Part shown: in pieces, positions 37,031 to 50,428 of the stretch
Layout of the letters: each line of letters starts with the position of its first letter
Position numbering within the stretch: position 1 is the stretch's first letter
Position numbers and translations under genes: made by a program
From: Octopus sinensis
Taxonomy: Eukaryota
DNA: 64,000 nt
Direction of reading: 5' to 3'
Assembly: GCF_006345805.1 (NCBI RefSeq)
Contig: NC_043003.1
Coordinates: 30,132,001 to 30,196,000 of the forward strand
Notes under the pieces: model-generated
Database searches by the model: none
Seen by the model: only the letters and a program-made list of their open reading frames with translations
What the model was told of the DNA's origin: nothing

Positions 37031-39149
37031 CTCTAGTTGGTTCTTTCTAGACCTGTAATAGTTGAATATGTACTACTCTGCCAGTCATTGGAAATGACTA
37101 CATTTTATTTATACTCATTGCACTGTATAAACAGTATTGTGTTGTTACATATGAAATCAATTCCCAAGACGGTAGAATTGTTAGCATGTTGGAAGAATAT
37201 CTTCTGATATTTCTTCCAGCTCCTTACATTTTGAGTTGAAATATTGCTAGGGTTAACTTTGCCTTTCATCCATACTGGGCCCATAAAATAAAGTATTTGG
37301 TAAATAGTGTTGATGATACCACTTGAGTCACTTGCTTCAAAAGTGCTAGCTTTGTGTCTTAATTAGAAATATATTAATTCAATTCTAAAATATCAATTGA
37401 CTTGCATGCTCTCTGTTATATACTACTACATTAATCTTTATATCTTTATCATATTGACCTCCATACTTTTTAATTCTTGTCCCTCCTTTTTGATGGGTTT
37501 TAATCACTGCCACTCTAAGGCACTCAGTAGATACCTGATATATGTATGTTCTGTCTTGCTGCCAATAAATAAATTTTTTAATGATAACTACACCAGCTTA
37601 TAAAAATGCTTTCACCAGGAGTACAATTTCAGTGAAAAGGAGAGAGCTGAGGAGGGAACCATGGTTAACTCCTAGTTGTAAATTGACTTATGTACTGACT
37701 ATTTCCAGTTTCGATTTTGCTGATAATACTGTGCATAATTTGAAAGACTTTAATAATTAATTCCACGCCATTATCTGCTACTACAAAATAGCTTGTACTC
37801 CATTAATCTCCATACCACTGCTTCCTCAGTTTATCCAATATATCTACTCTTCCTATGCAATACCTCTCATCACCTAAACACTGGACATTAACTACATGTT
37901 CTTCACAGTTATTGGTACTATGACTTTTTCCATTACATATTTCACAAAACACATCTCCATCTCATCCTTACATTTCCCATCCATATAGAAAGTATTTGCA
38001 ATTGCTTATCAAATGCTCTATAGTAATCTAATCACAATTAGATAAACAATGTCATAAATATTGTTGATAATGTCATTCTTTTGTTGTTAGGGTACTTTTT
38101 TTATGAGTATCTTTAGTCATGTCACCAAGTAACCTAGAATAAAAAGACAGTATAAAAGATAAGGATTGATTAAATATCAACATAGTGAACTAACTTGATA
38201 AGAGACATTGCAAATGAATTACTACTGACAGTAATGTCGTTGTGTCTCTTACAAGGTTGAACTTGGTTTTGATTTTCTTCTATCACAATTTTAATTATTT
38301 TAGAATATTCCTTCTCTACTTCTCATTGTGTTCAACATTTTCTCATTAAGAGCCCTACCAGAGTAAGCTTATCCTGTGAATTCACCATATCATTGTATAA
38401 ATTACTTGAACAGTTTCTATATAACTTGTAGTACAATAATGTAATACTTAAATAGTTAAAGTTAAGGATGAATGTAAATTTAAAATGTTAAATGTAGGGT
38501 GAGAATGTAAGTTAAGCCATTTATTACCATTTTTCTTTTGAAAGACTGTTTTAATTTCTTTTGAAAATAATGAAGGATTTTATAAAATAACTTTGTTATT
38601 ATTAAGCTAGTAGTGTTTGACACATAAATTACCATGAGGTTTTCACTGGAGATTTTAATTTAGATCACTTTAAAACAGAAGGTTTGTATCACAGAACTAA
38701 GGTTGTCTCAAGCTGGTTGATATCTAAAGGTACATGCTATGATTATGTACTCAGTCAAGGCTGTAGGTATTAATAATGTAAATTGTTGACTAAAGACCTT
38801 GTAGCGGTAGCTGATATCCTCACTGAGAGACACAACAGGAATGATCTCGTTTGAGATTACAGCCATGTTTGGCTGGGTTGTTCCTGCTGTGTCCACTGAT
38901 CTGATTGGTTGACATGTGGCGCGGTTTGTCTCTACTTATTTCGCGCCACTGTCCAAAGCCAACTAACCACAGCTTTAGGATAAGGTCACATGACACAGTC
39001 TTTGGATTTTTTTCTGGAGCCTCTAGAATGCTTTAAAAGGCCTCAGAATTTACCATTCAAGGTCTTTGGTCTTCAGCCATTGACCACACCACCACAGAGC
39101 AGCCAGTTCCAGTACTTTTTTAAGTGGGCTGGTTATGCGACACTGGTGT

Positions 39150-40125
39150 AGGCTACAGTTGTGATCTCACTTTACTTGATGCATCTTCTCAGTTCAGAGG
39201 TCTCAGTTTTTCGTCATTACCTCTGTGAGGCCAAACGTTCGAAGGTCATGCTTCACCACCTCATCCCATGTCTTCCTGGGTCTCCCTCTACCACAGGTTC
39301 CTTTCACTGTTTGGGAGTGATACTTCTTCACACAGCTCTCCTCATCCAGTGCAGCCGTATCTCTTACATGCCACATCTAATGCTTCTAATGTCCAACATT
39401 TTCTCTCAGGGTGCTTACACTCTGTCATTTGTGCACACTGACATTACACATCCAGCGGATTATGCTAGCTTCAATTCATTCAAGCCTATGCATGCCTTCA
39501 GCAGTCACGGCCCATATTTCATTGCTGTGAAGCATGGCAGTTTGCTCACATGCATCGTACAATCTACCTTTCACTCTGAGTGAGAAACTCTTTGTCAGCA
39601 GTAGGGGAAGAAGCTTTCTAAACTTTGCCCAAGCTATTCTTATTCTAGTGGTAACACTCTCTGAGCATTTTCCACCACTACTAACTTGGTCACCAAGGTA
39701 GCGGAAGTTATCAACTACTTCTAGTTTCTCCCCCTGGACTGTAATGGAATCTGTTTTCCGAGCATCTGTGGTGTTTATTGCCCATGCATCAGCCGCACAC
39801 GAAAGCCAGCTTCCCAGTTAACCTTCCTTTGATGTTGCTGTACTTCTTATGCGTCCATAGCTTACACTGGGTACATCTTCTGGAGTTTCTACCTACACCT
39901 TTCCTACAAATTGAGCAGAGGTTTGTGATGTGTTCACCTTCCCAATTACTAGGACTTTGGTTTTTGCAACATTGGCTCTAAGGTCCTTCAATTCTAAATC
40001 TTGCTTCCACACCTGAAATTTCTTCTCTAGTTCTGGTAGTGAATCTGCTATGAGAGTCAGGTCATCAGCATAGAGGAGCTCCCAGGGGCAACCTGTCTTG
40101 AATTCCTCTGTTATTACCTGAGCTT
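39150..40125 (-). mobile_element. RTE-clade (BovB-like) LINE 3' fragment, same family as 12.0-13.5 kb
   Basis: Aligns with ~12120-12660. Translation includes DSFRYLGD and GRGRPRKTWDEVVKHDL. Confidence 0.85.
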
Positions 40126-40512
40126 AAGCACTCTGTCGCATACCCTGACAACCTCTGTGACCTTATCCACCCATTTCTCCACAGGGAGTATGCCTACACC
40201 CCCTACTACCAGTATAAAAATCTGCTAAATCATCCATAGATTTTTATGGTGAATATATATATATACTCTGATAGGTAAGGTAGCTTGGAATCAACTCAAT
40301 GAGCTAACCTTATTGAAGATGGCTACGGAAATAGCCAAAATTGGCCAACTGGCTGGTCAGTCTGAGGAATTCTTGGCTCTGTTTTCGGGGCAATTGCAGT
40401 CCCTGTCAGAGTATATGTTGTATGTTTTCTAGCAGCATTGAACCATTTTAGTTCCTGTTTCTAGCAATGTAGTTGTTATTTACACGCTTTGTCAAGTTTA
40501 GTTGACAACTAT

Positions 40513-40870
40513 ATCATCATCATCATCATCATCGTTTAACGTTCGTTTTCCATGATAGCATGGGTTGGACAGTTCAACTGGGGTCTGGGAAGCCAGCAGG
40601 CTGCGCCAGGCCCAGTTTGATCTGGCAGTGTTTCTACAGCTGGATGCCCTTCCTAACGCCAACCACTCCGTGAGTGTAGTGGGTGCTTTTTACATGCCAC
40701 CTGCACAGGTGCCAGGCGACGCTGGCAAACGGCCACGATCAGATGGTGCTTTTTACGTGCCACTGGTACGGAGGCCAGTCGGGGCGGCGCTGGTAACGGC
40801 CACGTTCGGATGGTTCTCTTATGTGCCACCGGCACTGGTATCACAGCTACAATTTCCATTGATGTTGATC
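40513..40870 (-). mobile_element. Family A element
   Basis: (CAT)n then cgtttaacgttcgttttccatg..., with 2-3 internal tandem units. Confidence 0.85.
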
Positions 40871-41443
40871 GATTTCGATTTTGGGTCCAAGGATCTAAGT
40901 GTAGGAAGTTAGTAAGTAAGCTTCAAGCAATCCATGGTAGGTATAAGAAAACAACATTCAAAACAATAACAATTTATTGGTGAGGGTTGTATGCTTTTCT
41001 CATATCAATGTTTGAGAAGCTAAAAAGAATTTCTTTTATTGCTTAGTTAGCAACTTGAGTCGCTATGAATGCAAATAAAAATCCAAATTAAGTGGGTGGA
41101 GCAGATAAAATTCAGGTTACATATGTTTCCAAGCTAGTGGATCCTCTGATGTAATGATTACTCAACAAGAGGCACTCAGCTAGCTACTCATAAGGCCAAA
41201 GATACTTTAATCATATGAAGGTTACATTGTCATTAAGGAATCTTAAGTAAATGGCCTGATGACTAGCTAATCCCAAGTCAACTTGCTGAAGATATAATTA
41301 TATTTTTGGCAAGTTAACTTGAGATTTCTTAACGGCAATGTAACCGTCATATGATTAAAATATTTTTGGCCTGGTGAGTAGCTCGCTGAGTGCCCCTCAT
41401 TGATAATTATTAGACCTGCTATATCTATCTTTATCTCTCTCTC

Positions 41444-41448
<5 letters not shown>

Positions 41449-41482
<34 letters not shown>
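41449..41482. repeat. (AT)n microsatellite
   Basis: Directly visible. Confidence 0.9.
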
Positions 41483-41485
<3 letters not shown>

Positions 41486-41896
41486 ATATGTAAAGTAACA
41501 GTTTTAGAGAAATACCATTGGTTTCATATGTAGCATGAACTAGACATATTTTCAGTTTCTCTTAACGAAAACTGTACTATGCAAAGAATGTTTTTTTTAA
41601 AACATATACACACATTTATACATATGATTTTAGTCCTTTTACCAATAGTGTTAAGTATTGTCCCTTAACTATCCCCTAATATTATCAGATAGAGATGGTG
41701 GGGAGGAGAATAGAGATGGAGGAAACAGGACATGGAGCTTATCAATTTGATTAATTTAATTATTTAAAAATTTTCAATAATTTATTTATTATTTGTTATT
41801 TCGTATTTTTAGATTCGTTCATTATTGATCACATTAAACATTATTTTTACTTTCTGTTTTCTGTACTGCCAACTTGCTCGATTATGCTTAAGTCAG

Positions 41897-41917
41897 TTTA
41901 CGAAAGCGCGGCTGATG
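41897..41917 (+). promoter_or_regulatory. Conserved upstream motif of paralogue 4 (TTTACGAAAGCGCGGCTGATG)
   Basis: 20/21 identical to the paralogue 1 motif, ~155 bp upstream of the donor. Confidence 0.7.
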
Positions 41918-42073
41918 CTAAATATATTAATTAATTTTGTATTAGTGTCATTTGGATTGTTCAGTGTGATCAAGAAGTTGAGAATAGAAGAAGCTTATAT
42001 CTTTTAATTGCTCACAAATCTGTTTTTCTCTCGATATTCATATACAAATAGTGAAGAAAATCAGAAAGAAAAA

Positions 42074-45000
42074 GTAAGTTGGTTTGTTGTCACTGACTAA
42101 TTATTTAATATGATTTTTAGTATTACTAATGCAAACGTCTCTTGTAGCAGTAACAACCCACAATATGTATTAATGGTGATGCGTTATTTTACGTTTATGT
42201 TTAATCTCTGTTTAAAAGTTAAACATCAGTGATATTTGATTTTAGCAGCTATTTACCACCACTAAGTATAGTAGCATTGAAGCTTTTGTTATTAATTATG
42301 TCATATTGCTACAGTGTTCTCCATTGTTAAATCTTTACTAGCTAAATCTTATTTTTATCAAATCATTTTGTAGTCCGTCATGAAATATTTTGGACGAAGT
42401 CTTTGTGCTTGTGTGTAAGCAGTAGTTTGTTTTATGTTTAGTGTACTTAATTCACTTTAACGTAGTTTGAATCTTACATGTTAACTGCAACGAAATATGA
42501 AATTATCAAACTGCATGTTGTTGTCTTGGACATTATATATGTGTGTGTAATTACATTATACAATGTAGAAACCCTCTTCAAGACGGAAATGTGAGGAAAA
42601 TTTGGCTGTAATTTATAATATTTTAGATGATCGTCGTATTAGGTGGTTCTTCATTATTATAACTGTAAACTCTAGAGAAAATCCAAATAAAAACATGTCA
42701 GAATAACAGTACAATACAAAGATGAACGTCATTAAATTTTGTAATAATAAAATAAAATATGGATATATAATTTTTTTAAAGTATAAATGATTTAACTGTA
42801 TAAAATAGTAATTTAACTATATAAGATATATTTAATAGTGAAATCATTACTAAATTTGATCAAACAAAACACTCCTTGTTCAATACAATTTTATATATAT
42901 TTGAGGCTTTTTTTTTTTTCTTTTGTCAAAAATTTAATGGCATTTGTTCTGCATTTTCTTATTCTGGCTTCGGTATTTTCAGTTTATGGCTATTATGGAA
43001 AATATTTCCGCGTATTTATTTTTTTACTAGATGAATATTAATAGTGGTAAAATATTTGGAAAAGGTAATTTTTAGAAACCTCCTTGCTTGTTAATAATCT
43101 AAGTAGACGGGTTAATTTCACTATTTCATGAATGGAAATTGCTAAGTTAGAAGACAAGCAAAATGCCGTTATACATAGATACTTACGCACGCGCTCACTG
43201 TCGCACACAAGTGGGCTTCGCGATTCAATAATTCAATACTTTAAAAATAGCGATAATAATAGAAAAGTTATTTATTGTTGTAACCATTGAAACTATCGGT
43301 CAAACTAGTACGTTGCTGAATATGTATATTTTCATCTTATTATCTCATAAATCTTGTTCATATAAAATGTAAATAATCTCCCATGTTTTCATCCTAACTT
43401 TTTAGCGCAACTGTAAATTAAACAAGCTGGCTGCCAGCTATGCGTTAGGTATGCAGATTGATCAGCTCTATGTACTGAAGCCCCAAGTAATAATTGTATT
43501 TAAAATTACAAAGAGTATATTCAGTTGCTGTTTAGATCCCGGCCCATGATTAAAACTAGTTTTGCTGATGCCACTTTTTACGTAGACAAAATACGTTGTT
43601 AGGTCATCTGTTTATTGCTTACAGTGTTGGTTGAAATCTTTAGATTTCTCCTTTGGCACACTTTCCTCTCCAATCTCCAGTTGTCACTTACTTTTACCTA
43701 CCTCTCCTACTTATCGCGTAACGCTAGTTTTTCATTATATCCATCCCCTCACCCATTTCTCATCGCTGATTCTCTTATGCACTCTTGCAACCTCGACCCA
43801 CTCACTTCTCACCTTGTACCTAGGTCCCCCCAGACTCCACATCACTACTATTTTCATCTCATCCTAGCTCTGCCTCAATCACACCACCCTCTCTTCTTAA
43901 ACATGAGTAGCCATGTAGCTTCTCTGCAGCAAGAAACCCGTTCTGCTCTGCCCTCCACACTTCTCTCAATCTTTAATCTCACCACCCACTTCATCTCCTA
44001 GCATAAAGCCACCCCTCTTGAGATTTGCAGTCCTGCAAATTGCATGGTGACCTTACTAGTGTTGGTAGTATGAAAAAGCATCTAGCCATAGAAGTCAAAC
44101 CAAAGCAGATATTGGGGCATGATGCAGTCCTTGGACCTGTCAGATCCTGCCAAACCATCCAGTCCATGCCAGCATGGAACACAGATGTTAATGATGATGA
44201 TATATATTACACATATGTCTCAATATATAAAGTTTATTGGGCTATATATATTAGGGGTTAGGATTAAAAATTGTTTGTATGAACAGGTAAATGTATTTAA
44301 CATTTAACACATATCAGTTGTCGTTAGTTTTATAAACATCATAAAGAATGAAATATGTGGCAGTTTCATGGGCAAAAAGAAAATTAAAAATTGAATTTGT
44401 GACAATTGCTTTTTTGCAAAATTGTTTCCTCCCATGATGAGTCATAAAAAAAATTTCAGAAGTCAAACATGAATATCTTTATTGCTACTTACATTCTCCA
44501 AAACTGATAGGGATGAAATGGAATTTTGGAGAAATTTTTATTGCTGAACTGTAATTTCTAATGTTTAAGGCACAGAAATCCAAAACAATATTTGAGAGCA
44601 AATAAATAAAAATGTTAGTATGAAACGTTTTTATTCTGAATATTTGTAAGCAAATCAATTAGCTCTTTTGCAAGTTCATAATAATATGTGTATGTAGTTT
44701 TGTTTCTTATGTATGCACTCGCTGTCAACAAATGAAATGTCAAAGAGATGTGTTTGATGTGAGGGTCACAGTTAAGATGATATCTGGTCTATATTAAGCA
44801 GATAAATATTTAGTAATTTAAATGCTGAATAATTTTGAGGGCAGATAGTGAATGACATGGAAGAGTTTAGCAGAAATTACACATTAGTATTAAATTTCTG
44901 TATAATTATACATCATAGTTAACAGAATAATCTTGTTCATTTGTATTTCTCTCAATATTGAGATAACAACTAAGTATAGTAGCATTGAAATATTTGTTAT

Positions 45001-45232
45001 TATGTCACATTGCTACAATGTTTTCCATTGTTAAATCTTTGTCAGCTAAATCTCATATTATCAAATCATTTTGTAGTCAGTCATGATATATTTTGGACGA
45101 AGTCTCTGTGTGTAAGCAATAGTTTGTTTTATGTTTAATGTACTTAATTCACTTTAGCAAAGTTTGAATCTTGTATGTTAACTGCAGCAAAATATAAAAT
45201 AATCAAACTGCATGTTGTTGTCCTGGACATTT

Positions 45233-45263
<31 letters not shown>

Positions 45264-46384
45264 AACTATATTATACAACGTATAAACCCTCTGAGGGAAA
45301 TTTGGCTGTAATTTATAGTATTTAAAATAATGTAGTCATAATCATCAGCATCAATTTATATCCCCTTTCCATGCTGAGTTTCACATGGTTATACACTGAT
45401 TGATGTAGAAAAGTAGAAATGCTCAGACAGTAAATAACACAGGAATATCAGCAGTATGTAAAATGTGTTTCAGTCTTCTTATGACTTAACTAATGAGGTC
45501 ATAATAAGGCTGGAACATATCCAATTATTTAATCATGTGGCAACTGAATTTCAACTAATTTAAGATGATATTAAGGAAACCAAGAAAATTATGTTAGGAA
45601 ACCAGTTCTTCTTACTATTGTAAATTGAACAGATACCAGTAACCAGTAAAACTCACAGTGTAGTACTCCTTTCCCATCTAAAACTCCTGTTTCTGCACAT
45701 TCAGATAACCGAGAATGTATCCAAATTTGAGTCACCTGATTGATGCAAAATCTCTCACAGATATTCTCCAGTCTCTAGCCCACAGGTAGGCTGTTGTATT
45801 TCTCTGCTTTTTGTATGAGTTCTGCAGTGACCTTTCCTTCTGGAACTGGCTGGTCACATGTCATTTCCACTCAGCTCCCAACTTATATCTCTCACCTCCC
45901 ATTGCCCATGTTTTGTACAAACTCCTCAGGCACTGCACTCATCATTATACTCAGATCTTCCCCCAGAAAGTTGTCCCTCCGATCCTGTCTTTTTCGCAGT
46001 CCATTGACTTGCAACACTAACTTTTTTTACTATATTTCTGTAGAAGTACACTGCCTTTGTTGGAATTTATTTAAAAAAACATTGAAGTATTTAGTTAAAT
46101 AGCTTTGCATTATTAATTTAGTGTTTGAAACATCAATTAGCATGAAATTTTGATTGAAGGTTTTAATTTAAGCCACTTTAAAACAGGGAATTTGTGTCAT
46201 ACAGCCAGGTTGATATCAAAAGGGTTAGGTAAAATGTTTACAGTATCAGTTTCCCCAGTTTTGAAAAGTTTGTAAAGGCCTTGAGTCCTGCTCCTCCTTC
46301 CAGACTTGAAAAGAAAATTAATTTATCTAATAATCTGTTAGTAAACTTTTCATTGACTTTTCTGTCTTATATACTTTATTTCAG
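42074..46384 (+). other. 5'-UTR intron of paralogue 4
   Basis: Donor AA|GTAAGTTGG at 42074 and acceptor TTTTCTGTCTTATATACTTTATTTCAG| ending at 46384. Confidence 0.7.
42261..45325 (+). repeat. ~365-bp direct duplication (42261-~42625 and 44969-~45325)
   Basis: Both copies begin actaagtatagtagcattgaa and end ggaaatttggctgtaatttata; roughly 85% similar by eye. Confidence 0.8.
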
Positions 46385-46815
46385 GGTTTATGCTGATTCG
46401 AAATATATCAAAAACATGTTTCTGTAAGATTTTGAAAACAGACTGACAACATCCAGTACACAGTTAACTGTTTTTTAAAACCCTGATTAAGTTGCTTTGA
46501 ATTTTAAATTAAGGCTGCAACAGAGATATGGAACATGAAGATTCCCTTGGTTTGTATGTACTGTCTTCCAGATCTGTGTGTATCTCGAGGAGGGAAGTAA
46601 TTTTAGTTGCTGATTTTAAATTTCAAGCTTGAACTACCCCAATGCAATATCTTGTTTCTTTACAATCAAGACATCTATAGACTTTGTCAAATGTTACATT
46701 TTATTCTGTATGAGAAAATAACATTGTAATTATTTATTGAAAAGTTCCAGAGAATTTCATTTTCTTCATTACACATTGAAATTTAAAATTTTTTTAGAAT
46801 ATTTGTAAGAACATC

Positions 46816-47988
46816 ATGGAAGACAAACTGGAGGAGAGTCAGGCCTGTGATAAAACACAGCCTGAATCTAGTGATGTATCTAATCAGGAGTGTGTAGATA
46901 CAGAGAAAAAAGCTTACCATTTTGACATTCATAAGAAGACATTCTCACAATATAACGTACTTCTTACAAGCATAAAGCTTAAATATTCTAAAATGTGTAA
47001 CAAAACAACTGCTAAGAGCCGTTCATTCTCCAAGGGTATTCAGTCAGATCAGACTGATTTTGAATGCTTAATCTGTGGTAAAATATTCTCTCGGAAATCT
47101 TATTTGACTAGACACAAACGAATACACAGAAGCAAGAAATCATACCGCTGTGATATCTGTGACAGAGCTTTCAATGACAGCAGTACTTTGACGAATCATA
47201 GACGTATTCATACTGATGAGAAGCCATATCACTGTGATATTTGTGGGAGAAGGTTCACTCAATTTGGTCATTTGAGTAGACACAAATATACTCATTCAGG
47301 AGAGAAACCGCACCGTTGTGATATTTGTGGGAAGGCATTCTCACAGGTTGATAGTTTAACTCGTCACATACGTATTCACACAGGAGAGAAACCATATCAA
47401 TGTGGTGTTTGTGGTAAAACATTTTCTCGAAGCTCTTATTTAAGTGTTCACAAATCTGTTCACACCAGAGAAAAGCCACACCGCTGTGACATCTGTGGGA
47501 AAACATTCTCTGGGAGAGGTAACATGACTAATCACAAACGTATTCACACTGGTGAAAAACCATACCATTGTAATATCTGCGGGAAGACCTTCTCTGGATG
47601 CAACAGTTTAACTAGTCACATACAAGTTCACACAGGAGATAAGCCATACCACTGTGATATTTGTGCAAAAACGTTCTCTACCAGTAGTAGATTAACTAGA
47701 CATATACGCACTCATACTGGTGAAAAACCATTCCATTGCAACACCTGTGGTAAAACATTCTCTCAAAATGGTCATTTAACTCAACATGTACGAGTTCACA
47801 CTGGTGAAAAACCATTTCACTGTGATATCTGTGGTAAAACATTCACTCAGAGAGGTCATTTAACACTTCACATACGTGGTCATACAGGTGAGAGACCATA
47901 CAGTTGTGATATTTGTGGTAAAGCTTATGCTGATAATCAGAGTTTAACTCGTCATAAACCTGTGCACACAAATAAGAAAAAATCATGA
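46816..47988 (+). CDS. C2H2 zinc-finger protein, paralogue 4 (390 aa, 11 fingers)
   Basis: Intact ORF. Helices: RKSYLTR, DSSTLTN, QFGHLSR, QVDSLTR, RSSYLSV, GRGNMTN, GCNSLTS, TSSRLTR, QNGHLTQ, QRGHLTL, DNQSLTR. Confidence 0.95.
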   Translation: MEDKLEESQACDKTQPESSDVSNQECVDTEKKAYHFDIHKKTFSQYNVLLTSIKLKYSKMCNKTTAKSRSFSKGIQSDQTDFECLICGKIFSRKSYLTRHKRIHRSKKSYRCDICDRAFNDSSTLTNHRRIHTDEKPYHCDICGRRFTQFGHLSRHKYTHSGEKPHRCDICGKAFSQVDSLTRHIRIHTGEKPYQCGVCGKTFSRSSYLSVHKSVHTREKPHRCDICGKTFSGRGNMTNHKRIHTGEKPYHCNICGKTFSGCNSLTSHIQVHTGDKPYHCDICAKTFSTSSRLTRHIRTHTGEKPFHCNTCGKTFSQNGHLTQHVRVHTGEKPFHCDICGKTFTQRGHLTLHIRGHTGERPYSCDICGKAYADNQSLTRHKPVHTNKKKS

Positions 47989-49404
47989 TATCTATCAAGA
48001 AATGCTGAGAATGGACAATAGTTTGATAATCACGAAGTCATGGTACACAAACCATTAAACATACTTTGCTGAAAAACAAAATGCCCAAATTACTACTTCA
48101 TGACACTATACAGGAATTCCTGTAAGATAGGTAATATAAAATGTCATGAAACTTCATGGAAAGTAGATAAAAGTCATATTTATATATATAAAACTTATGT
48201 AAATTGAGAATATTTTGCAATATGTCAAAGGAAATTATAAATCACCCTATTGTGCTACTGTTCTTGACTTTCTAAAACAATGTTTTATCATTTGCAATCA
48301 GATGTATTACATGGTTGAAAAGTTTTCAATAATAATATTCACACACAGGTTAACAAATATCACTAATTTGTAATATTTAAAAAAAAATAATCTTTTCAAT
48401 AAACATTTTTTTTTTTTTTTACCCAGAACATTCTTCAACATGGTATAATTCACTAATTTACTTTGTAATAATTTTCTTATTTAGTCTGGTTGCACAGACA
48501 TTTATCACTATTTTCATGTTATGAGAAATTGACAATTGTGTTTTGTGACTGAAATACTTTTGTGTTTTTCAATTAAACTACTATCTGAGAAAACATTTTT
48601 GTCAGTTTTTTTCTGCAATAGTTTGTGTATTTAGAAGAAGCATGGTTTGCTGTAAAAATTTGGTTTTAATGGAAAGAAAACATAAAACTGTAAAGTTGAG
48701 AATAGAGCCATTGCTTGGAAAAGGACAATGTAAGAACTGAAAAAGTGTTTTTTAATAGAACTAGAAACATTTAGCTAATAAATTACAACAGAGCATAGTG
48801 CATTGTTAACTCTTTTCTTACCATACACTGCTTTTATTTTAATTGATTCTGAAAATGATGAAGGATTTTCTAAAATATATTTATCCTTATTAAACTGATG
48901 TTTCAGATTTGATTTGACATGAAAATTTTATAGATTTTTATTGAGATCCCTGTAGAACAGGGAAGTTGTATCATACAACTAGGAGCAGTCTTAGGCAGGT
49001 TGGTCTCAACTAGGTTCACTTATAACATAGTGATAATCACATAATAGTGACGGATTTGCAGGTTTTATAGGATTAGATAGAAGAATATGTTGAGGCTAGG
49101 GTGGATGATAAATGTTAGGTGTCTTTTGCTAGTTGAAATTTAAAAGTTGTCCGCTTGCTAACAACTAAGTACTTAGTTTGCCAAGTCAGAAAAACGATAA
49201 CATTAAATGATGTAGAAGTGAAGGGGCTCCGTTCAAATCTGACAAATAAGGTACTTTGTTTCTAACAAGCAGATTATGAGCTAAATTAAATTCAATTCAT
49301 TGTGTTTTTAAATGTTTTTGCAAAGGTACCTGAGAGAAAAATGTTCATGACAAAAACATGGTAAATTTTTCCATTGTTTGTAGCACAAATATTTAACCAG
49401 TTCT

Positions 49405-50428
49405 CATTCTAAAAATTAAAAAAAAATTAACAGCTGTTTTGTATAAACCATTGTAAACTTATTTTGGTTCAGCCTTGCCTGCATTACATGATGGTAGAAT
49501 ATTAATAGGATTGAAATTACTTCATACTGAGGGGGAAATATTTCAAAGGGATTACTATGAAATTCATTCTTTTGATTCCAACCTCTCTGACACTACATGT
49601 GATGCTATGACAAACTTCTTATTTTAAAGTGATGTAATTGTTCCATCAAAATTACCTGTTATGTTCCAAACACCAGCTTTATAACAGCAAAGTTATTCTA
49701 TTAAATTATTTCGTTTTAAAATATATTGAAATAGAAAGGCAGTATATTTTCACAGAAATATAGGAACAGAAGGGTTTAGAAAATAATTGAAGATGTAGAA
49801 GAGTACTTGCCTTATTGCCTCTGGTTTACCCAGTTACCATGCTGTTACTAACGAAAGCCTCATGGTTACAGCTTAGTGGTAGTTGATAATGAGCTGTGAA
49901 TAATGGATGAAACATAATGATGGCATAAATACATGGCGTGCAGTTCAATAACATCATTCATAGCCCAATATCTATAAAGGGAATTTCTCACCAGTTTTTG
50001 CAGCAGAGGTCTTTTCATGTTTTAATGTGCACAAATCTGTTAAATATGATGATACACACCTATTATCCATATAAATTAGTTTTGTTAAGAGAACTGAATG
50101 AAATATGCATAATTATATCAAATTAACAATATTTCATTGTGAGAAACTTGGCAAAGGATAGCTATAGTTAAATATCTTTATTTTGAAGATCAAGTTGACT
50201 TAGTCTTTAAGTTTTACCTATTGGTATGTTCATCTACTCAATTTGATTGTTGCAAAAAGTTTAAGTCTACTTTCAATATAGTCACACTATTAGTAAATGT
50301 TCTGTTATTATTCTTAAGTGCTTTAAAATAAATGAGATTATTTTAACATTTAATTGTAAATTATATCAGTAGGCATTGAACATACAAAACATGAAGATTG
50401 AGAGAAGGAATACACTATACACATATCT
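49405..50428 (+). repeat. ~1-kb segment present as a split inverted copy at 59322-59875 and 61635-62108
   Basis: ORFs 49938..50126(+) and 59624..59812(-) translate almost identically, and the flanks align as reverse complements. Confidence 0.9.

Noticed and set aside
38916-38949. GC-rich 8-bp hairpin GTGGCGCG...CGCGCCAC
   Set aside because: Too short to separate from chance or from repeat-derived sequence beside the LINE 3' end.
43615-44001. 128-aa and 78-aa ORFs in a pyrimidine-rich tract (similar tract at 13490-13776)
   Set aside because: Low-complexity Ser/Leu/Pro/His composition from strand bias, with no domain.
49938-50126. Near-identical 62-aa ORF at two loci (also 59624..59812)
   Set aside because: Identity comes from the recent inverted duplication; the start is GTG and there are no protein features.
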